DNA of 64,000 nt from Eledone cirrhosa (taxonomy: Eukaryota), in assembly GCA_964016885.1 (NCBI GenBank), contig OZ024740.1:254076001-254140000 (forward strand), written 5' to 3'. Below, piece by piece: positions 1-13,672 of this stretch. Under the pieces are notes generated by a model. It had not been told where the DNA came from. It saw only the letters and a list, made by a program, of their open reading frames with translations, and did not search any database. Positions within the stretch are counted from its first letter, which is position 1, and the number at the start of each line of letters is the position of its first letter. The position numbers and the translations under genes were made by a program.

Positions 1-150
1 TTCCCTGCTTCCAAGGGTGGGACGGGAACTGATTCTGGCTTGATTTCTACAGCTGGATGCCCTTCCTAACACCAACCTCATTTACAGTGAGTGCTGGGTA
101 CTTTTGCCGTGACACCTACATGTCCACTTTGCAGTGGAATGATATGGACC
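1..150 (-). mobile_element. SINE/RTE 3' tail fragment
   Basis: Reverse complement of the tail of the SINE at 8760-9093 (ggaagggcatccagctgtagaaatcaagccagaatcagttcccgtcccaccc). Confidence 0.8.
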
Positions 151-151
151 C

Positions 152-188
<37 letters not shown>

Positions 189-439
189 TAAAGGAGATTA
201 ATCATTTTAAGTTTGAAGTTCTAGTTAAACTTTAATTAGTTACCTACCTAGCTATGTGTGCTTACATTCTTCTTTACAAATTATTCCCTGTGATTGTTTC
301 ATATGTTTATTTTATATATATATATGTCAATCTATTTCTAGTTGATATATATATATATATATGTGTCTGATGGTAGCTAAGATGCTTCCATAGGAGGTAT
401 GCTGGTTGAGCACTCTATGCTCTTACAGAGCAGAGTATG

Positions 440-662
440 ATAGGATAGAAAACGAAAAATCAGTGATGCATCTGAATTCAATTTATTGTGCGTTACAATT
501 CTGGACCCGCTGGGGTCAGATACACCACTGAGAAAATATGCAGGTCCAGAATCAGACAGATCCACAAAATGATCGTGTCTCGAGCAGTCCGCCGGCAAAA
601 CAATTGTAACACACAATAAATTGAGTTCAGATGCATCACTGATTTTTCGTTTTCTATCCTAT
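440..662. repeat. ~60-bp inverted repeat (fold-back PLE-end-like module)
   Basis: 440-500 is the reverse complement of 602-662 with few mismatches; flanked by (TA)n. Confidence 0.85.
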
Positions 663-663
663 G

Positions 664-695
<32 letters not shown>

Positions 696-696
696 T

Positions 697-994
697 CATT
701 TTCATTTCATTTTACGTCCGCTTTTTCCCTGCTTCCAAGGGTGGGACGGGAACTGATTCTGGCTTGATTTCTACAGCTGGATGCCCTTCCTAACACCAAC
801 CTCATTTACAGTGAGTGCTGGGTGCTTTTTTGCCGTGGCACCTCCACGACCACTTTGCAGTGGAATGATAGGGACCCCAGTCCCTATCATCTCATTTCTA
901 CAGCTGAGTAAACTGGAGCAATGTGAAATAAAGTGTCTTGCTCAAGGAAACAACACATCACCCGGTCTGAGAATTGAACTCACAACCTTTCGAT
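697..994 (-). mobile_element. tRNA-derived SINE, 5'-truncated
   Basis: Reverse complement of 8760-9093 including B-box region, central domain and RTE-type tail. Confidence 0.85.
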
Positions 995-1281
995 TATATA
1001 TATATATATATATGTGTGTGTGTATGTATGTGTATGTATCATCATCATCGTTTAACGTCTATCTTCCACGCTAGCATGGGTTTAGACAGGAATTGTCCCA
1101 CTTGGGGCAAGATTGGTTGTCTTGCTCGTATAGGACTGTCTGGCAGGTTTTCACGGGTGGATGCCGTTCCTAACACCAACCACGTTTACAGTGTGGACTG
1201 GGAGGTTTTTACCGTGTTATCTACATGGCCACATTATAGCATGGACTGTGTTTTTTTGTATATATATGTATATATATATAT

Positions 1282-1982
1282 ATCATCATCATCATCATTT
1301 TACGTTCGCTTTTCCCTGCTTGCAAGGGTGGGATGGGTCTTATTCAGCACAGCATCTCTCCACTCGTCACGGTCCCTCGTCATCTCCACCGTGAGCTTCA
1401 ATGATCTAAGGTCTGTTCTCACCACCTCCGCCCATGTTTTTCGTGGTCTACCTCTACCACGTCTTCCTTCAACTGGCATTTCCTGGCACTTCTTCACCCA
1501 TCGGTCATCCTCCATGCGCATCACATGTCCATACCACCTCAGTCTCCTCTCCCGTACACTACATTCTATCCCTCTCAGACACAGTTTCTCTCTCAACACA
1601 TTTATGCTGGGTCGTTCACGCACATTTACACTGCACATCCAAAGGAGCATGCTTGCCTCATTTCTCTCCAGCCGTCGCATATCCTCTGCGGTTGCTGCCC
1701 ATGTCTCACTACCATGCAGCATCGCGCTCCTCACACAGGCATCATACAACCGGCCTTTCGTACGCAGGAAGAAACCCTTCGTCAACAGAGGAAGCAGCTC
1801 CCTAAACTTCTTCCAACCCGTCCTTATTCTAGATACTATGGCCTCGGAATACCCTCCTCCCATGCTAATCTGATCTCCTAGGTACCGGAAGCTATCCACC
1901 ACTTCTATAGCGCCCTCTCGCATTTGAAAAATGTGTCTATCAGTGCGACTTCTACTGTCTAATTTCCCTGTACATCTACTGC

Positions 1983-1983
<1 letters not shown>
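1282..1983 (-). mobile_element. RTE-clade LINE 3' fragment
   Basis: ORF 1300-1923: FRYLGD...LYDACVRSAMLHGSETW...RRLRWYGHVMRM...RGRPRKTW; ends in (ATG)n tail. Confidence 0.9.
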
Positions 1984-2062
<79 letters not shown>

Positions 2063-2467
2063 ATATATATATATATATGTGTGTGTAAAATCCCATTATT
2101 CGCTTATTACTGTTATATGCTTGTCCAATTATGCCCAAAATTTGAAGATTTTATTTAAACCCTCTCGTAAAATGCCCCATTTGTTTTTCTAAAATAACAA
2201 TCTCGTTTGTTTAATTTTGGCCGAAAATTCTATAAAATGACCTCCTTGTCCCTCTTAACCCCCCCCCCCCCCCTATATTGTATACGCGCCTGCTGGTTCA
2301 CCCTTTCAATCACTCCCTTCTCTCACCAAATATGTCAACGCTTATTAATGGTCAGACCTGTTCGCTCTCCTGGGTAATGTAAAATGCCATTTTTTCCTGT
2401 CTCTCCATCCTCTCAGTCCATTCATTCATATATCTGTATCATCGCCCAGAATCCAATCTTTGCTCTT

Positions 2468-3628
2468 TCATCGTCACCGTTTTACGTCCGTTCTTCCAAG
2501 CTAGCATGGGTTAGACGGGTTGTCCTGTTGTGGGCAGTGTCTGGTCGGCTGACCATGCCTTGCTCATAGAGGAACTGATTTGGCTTGATTTCTACAGCTG
2601 GATGCCCTTCCTAACACCAACCTCATTTACACTGAGTGCTGGGTGCTTTTTCGTGGCGCCTACACGTCCACTTTACAGTGTGGGCTGGGTGCTTTTTTGC
2701 CGTGGCACCTCCACGACCACCTTGCAGTGGGAGGGTGTGGGGGCATATTGTCTATATGCTTCAGCTTGTACCCATGGGAGGTCGGGTACTCATCGCCTTT
2801 GAGAGGTGTAATTGGGTAAGGTCGGCTTTTATCACCTCATCCCAGGTCATCTTGGGTCTCCCCACTCCGCGGTTTCCATCGACTTCTAGTGCTCTGCACC
2901 TTTTTATGAAGCTGTCATCCTTCATACGCATCACATGTTCATACCAACGCAGCCGCCTCTCCTGCACACAGCATTTGATTCCTCTTATGCTCAGTCTCTC
3001 TCTCAATTCATTTATGCTTTGTCGTTCACGTATATTACTATTACACATCCATCGGTGCATGCAGGCTTTGTTTCTCTCTAATCTACGTAAGTCTTCCACC
3101 TTCAACACCCAGGTCTCACTACCATGCAACATCGCTGTTCGGATACACGCATCATACAGTCTGCCTTTCATTTTGAGGGAGAAGCCTTTTGCAGCTAGCA
3201 GTGGTAGTAGTTCCCTAAACTTCTTCCATCAGGTTCTTACCCTAGTTATTGTACTTTCTGAACACCCACCTCCGCTGCTAATTTGGTCACCTAGGTAGCA
3301 GAAGCTGTCTACTGTTTCTACAGAGCCCTCCCAGAGATTGGTGGTACTTGTTTCCTGTGGCTGTTTGCTGCTTGCTGTATCAGCACAGCTGCTGCATGTG
3401 AATCCTACATTCTTAATTAAGCTTCCTGAGATCCCGCTACATCTCTTGTGTACCCATTATTTGCATTTGGGGCAGAGAATGGAGTTCCTACCTACACCTT
3501 TCCTACATACTGAGCAAGGCCATTTCCCTGAGGGGATCTGGGTTCTGTTTTCTCGTCTACTTACAAGGACCTTAGTCTTTGTCATGTTGACTTTGAGACC
3601 CTTTCTTTCTAGTCCCTGCTTCCAAGTT
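2468..3628 (-). mobile_element. RTE-clade LINE 3' fragment with 3' UTR
   Basis: ORF 2761-3171 with RTE C-terminal motifs; closely similar to reverse complement of ~21190-22270. Confidence 0.9.
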
Positions 3629-3924
3629 TCTCAATGCTATTCTATAATTCTGTCTGGTTGTTCTAAATAATCTTGTATTTTAAAATCCCATTATTCGCTT
3701 ATTACTGTTATATGCTTGTCCAATTATGCCCAAAATTCGAGGATTTTATTTAAACCCTCTAGCTAACTACCCCATACCCCTCCGACCCGGCCCCACTCTC
3801 CACCATTATTATTTGGACCAATCATAAGTCAGCGGCCTATGCTACACTTCTCCTGGTTGCTTTTCGATATGATGTATGGACTAAGGAATTCTGGAGGGTC
3901 TGAAAAATCTGGACACTCATTGTG

Positions 3925-6180
3925 TCCAGATTCATTGTGGGTAAAAAACGATGCTATAAGCTTTTCTGGGTGGGAAATGACAATGGGCTGGGTGGGGTAG
4001 GAATCATGTTAGCAGAAAAATGGGTAGATAAGATAATAGACGCAAATAGAGTGAACGACAGAATAATTAAAATAAGACTTGTCCTAAATAGAACTACTGT
4101 GACAGTAATATCTGCGTATGCACCCCAATCCGGACTGCCTGGCATTATAAAAGACAGATTCTATGAGTTGTTAATGCTCACTATCTCCCAAATAGCCGAC
4201 AGTGACTACATAATTATTGCTGGCGACCTAAATGGTCATGTTGGACAACATTGTGACGGCTATGACAGAATCCATGGAGGCCATGGGTTCGGTAGTAGAA
4301 ATGAGGAAGGCTCCAGAATCCTGGAATTCTGTGACGCAAATAACCTAACTATCAGTAACACTAACTTCAAAAAACGAGACAATCACTTGATCACCTATAG
4401 ATCAGGGGAACATGCCAGTCAGATAGATTATATCCTTACCAGAAGACGTGACAGAGTGTCTGTTGTAAACACTAAATCCCTCCCCCATGAAGAATGCACC
4501 TCCCAACATAGACTCATAGTCAGCGACCTCATAGTCAGGACAAGACGTACTCGACAACAGAGAAGGACTATCCTCAGGAGAAAAATATGGAAGCTAAAGG
4601 ACCACACAGCCAGTAATAAATTTAAAAGCATATTACTTGATGCTTTCGACAGTAAGGAAGAGCAATTAGAGTCGTACAATATAGAGGAACAGTGGGAATT
4701 CCTGAAAGCTAACCTGCTGAAGGTGGCTGGAGCAGGCCTATAGGCAGGAGGAGAGTAACGTGGTGGTGGAACAGTAAGGTGGGATGGGGGAAGTAGAGAA
4801 GACTATTAAGTGGCCAGGAGGGAAGCTAGGAGACAAGCGTACTTCGCAAGAAGGGAAGCAGAGGAAAGAAAGTTCAAGCATGTTCTACAACGCGAGGACC
4901 AAAAACGTGAGGTGTTCAGGATTGCTAGGCAATGTGTCAAGGAAAACCGTGATATTGTCGGGGAGAAGTGTGTCCTTAATGATGATGGTGTACTTGCCAT
5001 CACTGACGCTGATAAGAAGGTAGCTTGGAAGTGTCACTACGAAAGGCTACTAAATGAGGAGAATAAATGGGAGAAAGACAGTCTCCCCCACATCGATCCA
5101 ATAGAGGGACCAGCAGTGCTAGTTGAAGGTAGTATAATAAGTAAGGCAATCAAAGATATGATGACAGGTAAGGCGGCTGGGCCTTCGGAAATAGTTGCTG
5201 AAATGCTGAAAGCATCTGTAAAGGTGGGACACCCTATGGTCACCCGGATAGTAAACCAAGTCATACAGAATGGGGTTGTTCCGAAATACTGGCGTAGCAT
5301 CATCATCATTAACTGCTACAAGGGTAAAGGAGATGCCCTAGATAGGGGTAACTATAGAGGCATTAAATTAATCGACCAGGTCATGAAGGTCACAGAAAAA
5401 GTAATACCGCAACTAATCAGAGAACGAATTGATCTAGATGAAATGCAGTTCGGGTTTGTGTCAGGTAAAAGTACCACAGACACTCTTTTCATTGTACGAC
5501 AACTACAGGAGAAGTACCTAGTAAACCCCTATACTTAGCTTTTGTTGACTTGGAGAAAGCCTTTGACAGAGTCCTCCGCTCCATTATCTGGTGGGCTCTT
5601 AGAAAACTAGGTGTTGATGAATGGCTTGTGAGAGCTATACAAGCCATGTATAAAGAAACAGTCAGCAAGGTTAGAATTAACAACGAATATAGTGAAGAGT
5701 TTAGCGTAAAAGTTGGTATTTATCAGGGCTCCGTTCTTAGCCCCCTACTATTTATTATTGCCCCTCAGGCTATAACAGAGGAGTTCAAGACCGGCTGCCT
5801 GTGAGAACTCCTATACGCAGATGAGCTAACCCTCATAGCTGAATCAATGGCTGAACTAGAGAAGAAATTCCAAACATGGAAGCATGGCCTAGAATCAAAA
5901 GGCCTTAAAGTTAACTTGTCTAAGACTAAAGTTCTAGTTTGTAGGAAGGAAAATAGGGCACTGGTCCCATCTGGGAAATGGCCATGCTCAGTGTGTAGGA
6001 AAGGAGTAGGCAGAAACTCCAAATGCAATGTATGGGTGCATAAAAGATGTAGTGGGATCACAGGTAAGCAAACTAAGAATATAGATTTTATATGTGGCCG
6101 GTGCTCTGGTGCAATAAGTAGCAGCAAGTCCCCACAGTATACTACCTCATTCCATTGCACAGGTTCTATAGAAATAGTGG
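3925..6180 (+). pseudogene. RTE LINE APE endonuclease + RT, frameshifted
   Basis: ORFs 3922-4743 (SAYAPQ, IAGDLNGHVG, SQIDYIL), 4810-5538 (NYRGIKL, QFGF), 5550-5804 (EKAFDRV, QGSVLSPLLF), 5847-6302. Confidence 0.92.
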
Positions 6181-6897
6181 TACTTTTACCTGACACAAAC
6201 CCGAACTGCATTTCATCTAGATCAATTCGTTCTCTGATTAGTTGCACTATTACTTTTTGTGTAACCTTCATGACCTGGTCGATTAATTTAATGCCTCTAT
6301 AGTTACCCCTATCTAGGGCATCTCCTTTACCCTTGTAGCAGTTAATGATGATGCTGCTACGCCAGTCCTTCGGAACAACCCCATTCTGTATGACTTGGTT
6401 TACTATCCGGGTGACCATAGTGTGTCCCACCATTCCAGATGCTTTCAGCATTTCAGCAACTATTTCCGAAGGCCCAGCCGCCTTACCCGTCTTCATATCT
6501 TTGATTGCCTTACTTATTGTACTACCTTCGACTAACACTGCTGGTCCCTCTATTGGATCGATGTGGGGGAGACTGTCTTTCTCCCATTTATTCTCCTCAT
6601 TTAGTAGCCTTTCGTAGTGACACTTCCAAGCTACCTTCTTATCAGCGTCAGTGATGGCAAGTACACCATCATCATTAAGGACACACTTCTCCCCGACAAT
6701 ATCACGGATTTCCTTGACACATTGCCTAGCAATCCTGAACACCTCACGTTTTTGGTCCTCGCGTTGTAGAACATGCTTGAACTTTCTTTCCTCTGCTTCC
6801 CTTCTTGCGAAGTACGCTTGTCTCCTAGCTTCCGTCCTGGCCACTTGATAGTCTTCTCTACTTCGCCTATCCCACCATACTTTCCAAGCCTGCTTTA
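6177..6897 (-). mobile_element. Inverted duplicate of RTE RT N-terminal region
   Basis: ORF 5765-6844(-) nearly identical in protein to 4810-5538(+). Confidence 0.9.
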
Positions 6898-6921
6898 TAT
6901 TTACTGTGTATATTTACTTAA

Positions 6922-6973
6922 TAGTACCACTGATGATGTTGCAGATGTGCAACGAAAGAACTTTGATAGACTA
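6922..6973 (+). ncRNA. Type I hammerhead ribozyme (minimal)
   Basis: tacca-CTGATGA-t gttgca gatg tgcaac-GAAA-gaac-TT-tgata; predicted cleavage after 6963. Confidence 0.75.
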
Positions 6974-7197
6974 TATATATATTTATATCTATGGAGATAT
7001 AAAAGATACAGAAGCGAAAACCAACCAAACAGTGAGTGTGTTCTATTATTATTCTGGCAATATTATTACAATATGACCCTCCCCAAATATAACAATATTT
7101 GTTTCAAATTCATGCATATATATATATTTGTGTGTATGTGTGTATATTTGTGTGTATGTGTGTGTATATATATGTGTGTGCGTCTATATATAAGTAT

Positions 7198-8367
7198 GTG
7201 TCTGGTGCAATAAGTAGCAGCAAGTGCCCACAAAATACTAGCTCCTTCAACTGCGCAGAGGGTTCTATAGAAATAGTGGACAGCTTCCGTTACCTGGGTG
7301 ACAAAATCAGCAGTGGGGGAGGGTGCTCTGAAAGTACAGTAGCTAGAGTCAGAACTGGATGGAAAAAGTTCAGAGAGCTTATACCACTATTAGCCGCTAG
7401 AGGGTTCTCCCTAAAAATGAAAGGCAGGTTATACGATGCCTGCATACGAACAGCAATGCTGCATGGCAGTGAGACCTGGGCATTGTGTGCAGAGGATATA
7501 CGCAGACTAGAGAGGAACGAAGCTTGCATGCTCCGCTGGATGTGCAATAGTAATATACGTGAACGGCAAAGCATAAACGAACTAAGGAAAAAATTAGAAA
7601 TAAGAGGGATCAGATGTTGTTTACTCGAGAGAAGGCTACGTTGGTACGGTCACGTGATGCGCATGAAAGACGACAGCTGTATAACAAAGTGCAGGGCAAT
7701 AAAGATAGACGGTAGCCACGGAGTAGGCAGACCCAGAAAAACATGGGACGAGCTGATAAATTCCGACCTCACACGCTTACACCTCTCCAAGACAATGTCA
7801 CTGGACCGAGACCTTTGGCGGTACTCAGTAATAGAGAAGACCCGCCTTACCTAAATACAAAGTAAAAACCTACTACAGTCAGTAGGCATCTCTATCAAAA
7901 CACCCCCCCCCCGTCCCACCACCTCCACCCCATCCACACCGCCCCTTTCAATGTACAGTTATGTTGGTCCCACAACATCCAGGCCGAAACAAATGAGATC
8001 GTGTAGGTGTCACGACAAAAAAAACACACAGTCCACGCTGTAAATGTGGCCGTGTAGGCAACACGGTAAAAACCTCCCAGCCCCACACTGTAAATGTGGT
8101 TGGTGTTAGGAAGGGCATCCAGCTGTAGAAAACCCGCCAGACAGTCCACGCTGTAATGTGGCCGTGTAGGCAACACAGTAAAAACCTCCCAGCCCCACAC
8201 TGTAAATGTGGTTGGTGTTAGGAAGGGCATCCAACTGTAGAAAACCCGCCAGACAGTCCTATGCGAGCAAGACAACCACTCTTGCCTCAAGTGGGAAAAC
8301 CCCCGTCCAAACCCATGCAAGCGTGGAACACGGACGCTAAACCTGATGATGATGATGATGATGATGA
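7198..8367 (+). mobile_element. RTE LINE 3' end with internally repeated 3' UTR and (GAT)n tail
   Basis: ORF to 7854 with RTE C-terminal motifs; ~120-bp UTR unit repeated at ~8030-8270. Confidence 0.9.
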
Positions 8368-8606
8368 GTGAGTGAGTGTTTGTGAATGTGTTTCTAGGCA
8401 ATTGACCATTAACCATTGTTAGCTTAAGTGAACCTTAAAAACCAGGAGTGTCACCCCCAGTGTGAACCTGTCTATAGAATTTTTTCTGCCTTTGTTACTC
8501 TAAACATAGTTTTTAAAGAATTCCCTTTTTTTAAATCCATCAACTAATGACCACCCTCTCCTACCACGTGAAAAGATATAAATACCACTATGTTACTGGA
8601 ACAGTC

Positions 8607-8657
8607 GGCTTCCTGATGATTTCTCCCAAATGAGACAGTTCTAGTCCTGTAGAAGCC
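8607..8657 (+). ncRNA. Hammerhead-like motif, probably inactive (GAAA>GAGA)
   Basis: ggcttc-CTGATGA-tttctcccaaat-GAGA-cag ttctagtc ctg-TA-gaagcc; perfect 6-bp stem I, weak stem II. Confidence 0.6.
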
Positions 8658-8759
8658 ATTTCTATATTAAATATTTATACTCTGCTTTGTATTGAGTACC
8701 TTACTTACTGTGTTTACTACCGATTGAACCTGGGATAAAATTATATATATATATATAAT

Positions 8760-9093
8760 GGAGGCACATGGCTTAGTGGTTAGAGCATTGGCCTTGCAAT
8801 CGAAAGGTTGTGAGTTCGATTCTCGGACTGGGTGATGTGTTGTTTCCTTGAACAAAACAATTTATTTCACATTGCTCCAGTTTACTCAGCTGTAGAAATG
8901 AGATGATAGGGACTGGAGTCCCTATCATTCCACTGCAAAGTGGTCGTGGAGGTGCCACGGCAAAAAAGCACCCAGCACTCACTGTAAATGAGGTTGGTGT
9001 TAGGAAGGGCATCCAGCTGTTGAAATCAAGCCAGAATCAGTTCCCGTCCCACCCTTGCAAACAGGGAAAAGCGGACATAAAATGGAATGGAAT
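8760..9093 (+). mobile_element. tRNA-derived SINE with RTE-derived tail
   Basis: A box tggcttagtgg, B box gagttcgattc, central ccttga-caa-acactttatttcac domain, tail shared with RTE 3' UTR at 22120-22278. Confidence 0.9.
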
Positions 9094-9191
9094 GATATAT
9101 GTGTGTGTGTATATATATGTGTGTGTGTCTATATATAAGTATGTGTCTATATATATATAATAATAAAATGTGGAGATGGGGCACATGAGTT

Positions 9192-9232
<41 letters not shown>

Positions 9233-9889
9233 ATAGGGAGAAAAAGACGATTATTAGGAAGAAAAATATATTTTTTTCCTTTTTATTTTTTTCTGGGTTA
9301 GAAAATGTTTAAAACAAAATATTTTACTTTGTGTGAAGTGTTAAGGTATTAGTTAATTAATTTATTTATATATTTAATAATTGTCTATTACCAGTTTCAG
9401 CATTTTATGCATTATCAAAAGGGGGGAATATGTATTGGTGTAAAATGGTGATGTTGAACATGGTGAAGAAAGAATAATGTTATTTACAAACAAGGTTTTT
9501 GAAGTGAAAAGAAAAAAGAAAAAAAAGGGGGTTAATGTGGAGTATAATAGGGTAATGGGAAATAAAAAATAATATTATTTACAGGCATAGTTCTTGAAGA
9601 TAAGCAGTTCAAAATGTGTTATTATGGCAAGAGTGCTTAGTTGATCCATGTTGAAGGCAAATGGTAGTCTGGGGTTTGATATGATTTCCCTTTTTAGAGA
9701 GTTAATATGCAGGGGGAGGTAATTCAGGGTGGTCAAGTAGGTGAGAAGGGTATACAATTTATATTAAAAAAAGGATTAGGTAGGGTGTAAGGGAGGTAAT
9801 TCTTTAGAGAAACAGGGATTTGGTTTTGGTTCGTTCTAGTTTTAGTTTAGTCCGAAGTTTAGTCCATTAAGTAGAGGTTGGAATTTTGG

Positions 9890-10260
9890 AACTTCACGTC
9901 TATGCAATAACACACGCTTTACAGTCAGGCAGAAAAGCAACCATCTCCTAGAGGTCTGTATTCTTGGAGGCAATCATCAAGGAGAAAATGCATTTATTCC
10001 CAAGATTCTTCTGAGCCCTTTCTCTAACGAGCTGCCATTTAAATTCTTAAGACTGCAGTTACCTGTTAGAGCCAGTTTTGCTATGACCATAAATAAAGCT
10101 CAGGGTCAGAGTCTCAAAGTTGTAGGATTCAATCTGAGAAAATCAGTTTTTACCGATGGACAGTTATATGTAGGTTGTTCACAAGTGGAAACACCTAGAA
10201 ATTTTCATATACTATGCATGAACAGTAAAACAAAGAATCTGGTGAATCTAGAAGATTTTT
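9890..10260 (+). pseudogene. Helitron Pif1-like helicase C-terminal fragment
   Basis: RLCNNTR...LPFKFLRLQLPVRASFAMTINKAQGQSLKVVG...GQLYVGCSQV. Confidence 0.85.
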
Positions 10261-12029
10261 TACTGTTTTTTTTTTCTTTTTTGTCACAGATCATGGTTTT
10301 CTCTTATGTTTACCTAGGCGAAACTTGGTACACATAGCACATCATACCAAAATAATATTTTTTCAGATTCTAACATTTATATTCTAAGGAAACAACAATG
10401 GCTTCAGAAATTCTATAGCCTATAATACTACTTATATTATGAGAATTACTTGCACTAACAACATGTGGTGGCATGTTTAATAATGATGAAAACTTCCTTT
10501 CTTTGCAACCAAATGAATGACATATTTGATGAAAGGCTTGGTAAGGATCACAATCAAATCAGAAGTAACAGGTGGTAAGGTTCGTTTCAGAATGTTCAGA
10601 GAAGACATATACTCATCTATATAGCCACCTTTGTTTTATCAAACTTTCTTATATCTATCATACTTTCCTCTCAAAATCAATATCTTTATTGTTTGTCTAT
10701 ATACACCACCCATACAATTCATATATTCTTTTATTTCACACTAAGTAATCAAACCTTAATTCTGAAAAACTTAAACTTACATGTCATAAGACTCATGGAA
10801 CCTACTATAGGGTTGCCATCGAAAAGGGCATCCAGTTGTAAACATTTTCCTTAAAAAATGATTCTCCAACCCATGCCATGATGGTAAAATGGAGCATAAA
10901 CGATGATGATGTAATATTATAGAGTTGCTTTCTACATACTACAATAATAAGCACCCTTGAGTCATAACTAGCCATGGGTTTCCATCTAGAAAGTTCTTCT
11001 CCAAAGTACAAAGTTTGGGCAAGGTGTTTTGTGGAAGATCATCAGTCATCCATGCTAGTCACCCCTCTCTACACCACTGATATTGTCCAAGGGAAAAGCA
11101 AAGGTCAATACAACTTGACACCAGTGTCATCACAGGGTTAACCCACCGCCCTTCCAGTTATTGCTGGTACTCATTTTTTCCACATCATCATCATTCTTTA
11201 ACATCTATTTTCCATGCTTGCATAGGTTACACAAGTTGTTACGTATTATGGCTACACTTGTCAGGTGGCCACACCTTGCTCATACACACCTGTTTCTAAG
11301 TCTGGATGATCTTCCTAACACCAAGCACTTCACAGCATATACTGAGAGTATGGTTTCTACAGCTGGATGCCCTTCCTAACACCAACCACTTTACAGCATG
11401 TACTGGGAACATGGGTTCTACAGCTTGATGCCCTACTTAACACCAGCCACTTTACAGAGTGTTTGGGAAAATATTATCATGACTCCAGCACAACTGCCAT
11501 TAACAATCTACACTACAACCAATTAAACCAGTTTACATACATGGAGATGGTTGTGATAACAAAGGTATTGTGACATTACTTAATCCAGTGGCCCAGTTAA
11601 ATCAAAGTGAAGCTGATAAAATGGATTGTAATAAAGTTATTTTTAAATATTACAATATTGTTAATTTAGTAACCTAGTCAGATCATGCTGTAGCTGATGG
11701 TATATGTACCAGGCAGTACAAGGAGCCAGCATGGAAGCCTCTTCATGTGTACTGAAGTAGCTAAAAGTAACAGCCAAATCTTCCCTAAATCATACAACTG
11801 TCTTTGAAAAGAAAGGATATATTCGACAGTGAGTTGAGTAGGGAAAAATGACTTGTGGTATTTATTCCAGCTTCCTGCACAGTCAGTGCCTAGTATTTAT
11901 TCATCTTCTACTCCTGTGTTCTGGGAAGCAACACCTGGGTTTGTGGCCAAAGAAATTATATATCATCTAGCCAAGCATTTAAAGTTCCCCCCCAACATTT
12001 CTCTCTTTTCATCATTATGATATAAACGT

Positions 12030-12345
12030 TCTGCGTTCGAATCCTGTTGAGGTTAACTTTGCCTTTCATACTTCTGGCAGTCGATAAAATAAAGTACTAT
12101 AAGCAACTTAGCAACTTAGCCCTTCCCACAAATTGTTGGCTTTGTGCCTAAATTAGAAATCATTATGATATATACATGTGTTACGATATATACATAGAGT
12201 TACGGCCCTTGCCATTCTGAGTTCAAATCCTGCCGAGGTTAACTTTGCCTTTCATCCTTACATCCTTACGAGGTCGATAAAATAAAGTAACAGTAATGCA
12301 CTGGGTAATTGCTGGCCTTGTGCCAAAAGTAAAAAACATTATGAT
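12030..12345 (+). mobile_element. Two tandem degenerate SINE fragments with Meta-like domain
   Basis: gaggttaactttgcctttcatc...gtcgataaaataaagta, same family as 60473-60649. Confidence 0.7.
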
Positions 12346-13059
12346 ATATACATGCTTTGCCCACTTATTCCTGAAAGGGGCATGGGGGCAGAGTCCTCAA
12401 ACACTCCTTCCAGTAGGTACTGTCAGAAACAATCCTTTCCAACAGATACAGCTGGTGCTCCCAGTACACTGTGTAAAATGGTTGCCATTAGGAAGGGCAT
12501 CCAGCTGTAAAAACCATACCAAAATATGGAATGTATGAGCAAGATGTGGTTATCCAACCATATTTTATCTCGGACCGTGACAATGCATCTAACCTATAAC
12601 AGTTTGGAAAATGACCATATAAATGACAGCGATATTATAAATGTATTTTGTAATAAAAGATTATATCAAGAACAATAACCCTGATAAAATCATTAATAAA
12701 TGAACACGTGTTACTGCTATTGTTGTAGTATGTTATCAGGATAACACATATGTACTCCACTTCTAAACAACATGAAACTGATTATAACAGCAGTTTTATC
12801 ATGTGTGTATATATATATATTAAAAAGAGTTGGAGCCCAACAGCTGAGCTCTTGCTGTTTCGGCAGCTAATTCCAGACTCCAGACTATATATACATATAT
12901 ATAAAGAAAATCTCTGTAAAAGAAATAGAGGAATGATGATCATTGGAAGAAACTGGAAGGTGCAGAATGGAAACGGATTCAGTAGTATAAAGCGACATAA
13001 TTACCAACCTGGTAATTATGTTGTATGAGAAGAGCTAGGGAAACATAGAGAGTCAGAAG

Positions 13060-13320
13060 GGCTCCATTGTACTCTGTGCAACACCATCTAACTTGGTCAA
13101 ACTGACCATCATCTGGCTGACAGATTTACTGAACACCTTCAGGACATTTGGGTTGACAACCCGACTCCAATCTCCCAACATTTTCGATCCACTGGCCATT
13201 TCACATGCCACCTCAGTGTCTTTGTGCTTGCACATTGTGCCAGACCCTCCGACTCACGCTGGCATAGAGAACAGCAACTTATATTTTCTTTAAAAATCTT
13301 TCATCCCCCTCACCTTAATG
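13060..13320 (+). pseudogene. PLE GIY-YIG endonuclease C-terminal remnant (Neptune/Poseidon-like)
   Basis: Manual translation HCTLCNTI*LGQTDHHLADRFTEHLQDI...PISQHFRSTGH...HREQQLIFSL; followed by UTR and HHR. Confidence 0.75.
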
Positions 13321-13672
13321 CCCCACCCATCTTCCTATAGTCTGCTGTGTCATATACTCTCTAACACACACTAAACATACTTCCTCTATTCCATGTCACA
13401 AACTCGTTAATATATAAACTCTTACATACAAATCACAGTTAGATACTTTACATCTACACAATATAAACTTCAACATACACACATTAAAATTTAATCATAC
13501 ACTCACACATACATATCCACACATCTCACAGACATACACAAACACTGCCAGATACTTTACACACACACACAAAATAAACTTCAATGTAGATATATACAGT
13601 ACACACATTCAAACTTACATTCACTAACACATAAAAAATATCAACATATGTTGATGCTTATAGCTATATTTG

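Noticed and set aside
362-615. Complete hammerhead tgtgt-CTGATGG...AAAA-caattg-TA-acaca
   Set aside because: Two core mutations and an intervening inverted arm; kept only as a possible degenerate 3' half.
974-1873. 299-aa plus-strand ORF (also 2636-3298, 20850-21482 and similar)
   Set aside because: Antisense shadows of RTE coding sequence.
8760-8832. tRNA gene (also 17274, 17937, 42490)
   Set aside because: tRNA-like SINE heads that continue into the SINE body; no proper acceptor stem or terminator.
9380-9425. Minus-strand hammerhead TTGATAA-gcat aaa atgc-GAAA-ctgg-TA
   Set aside because: Core and stem I are degenerate; treated as a dead remnant.
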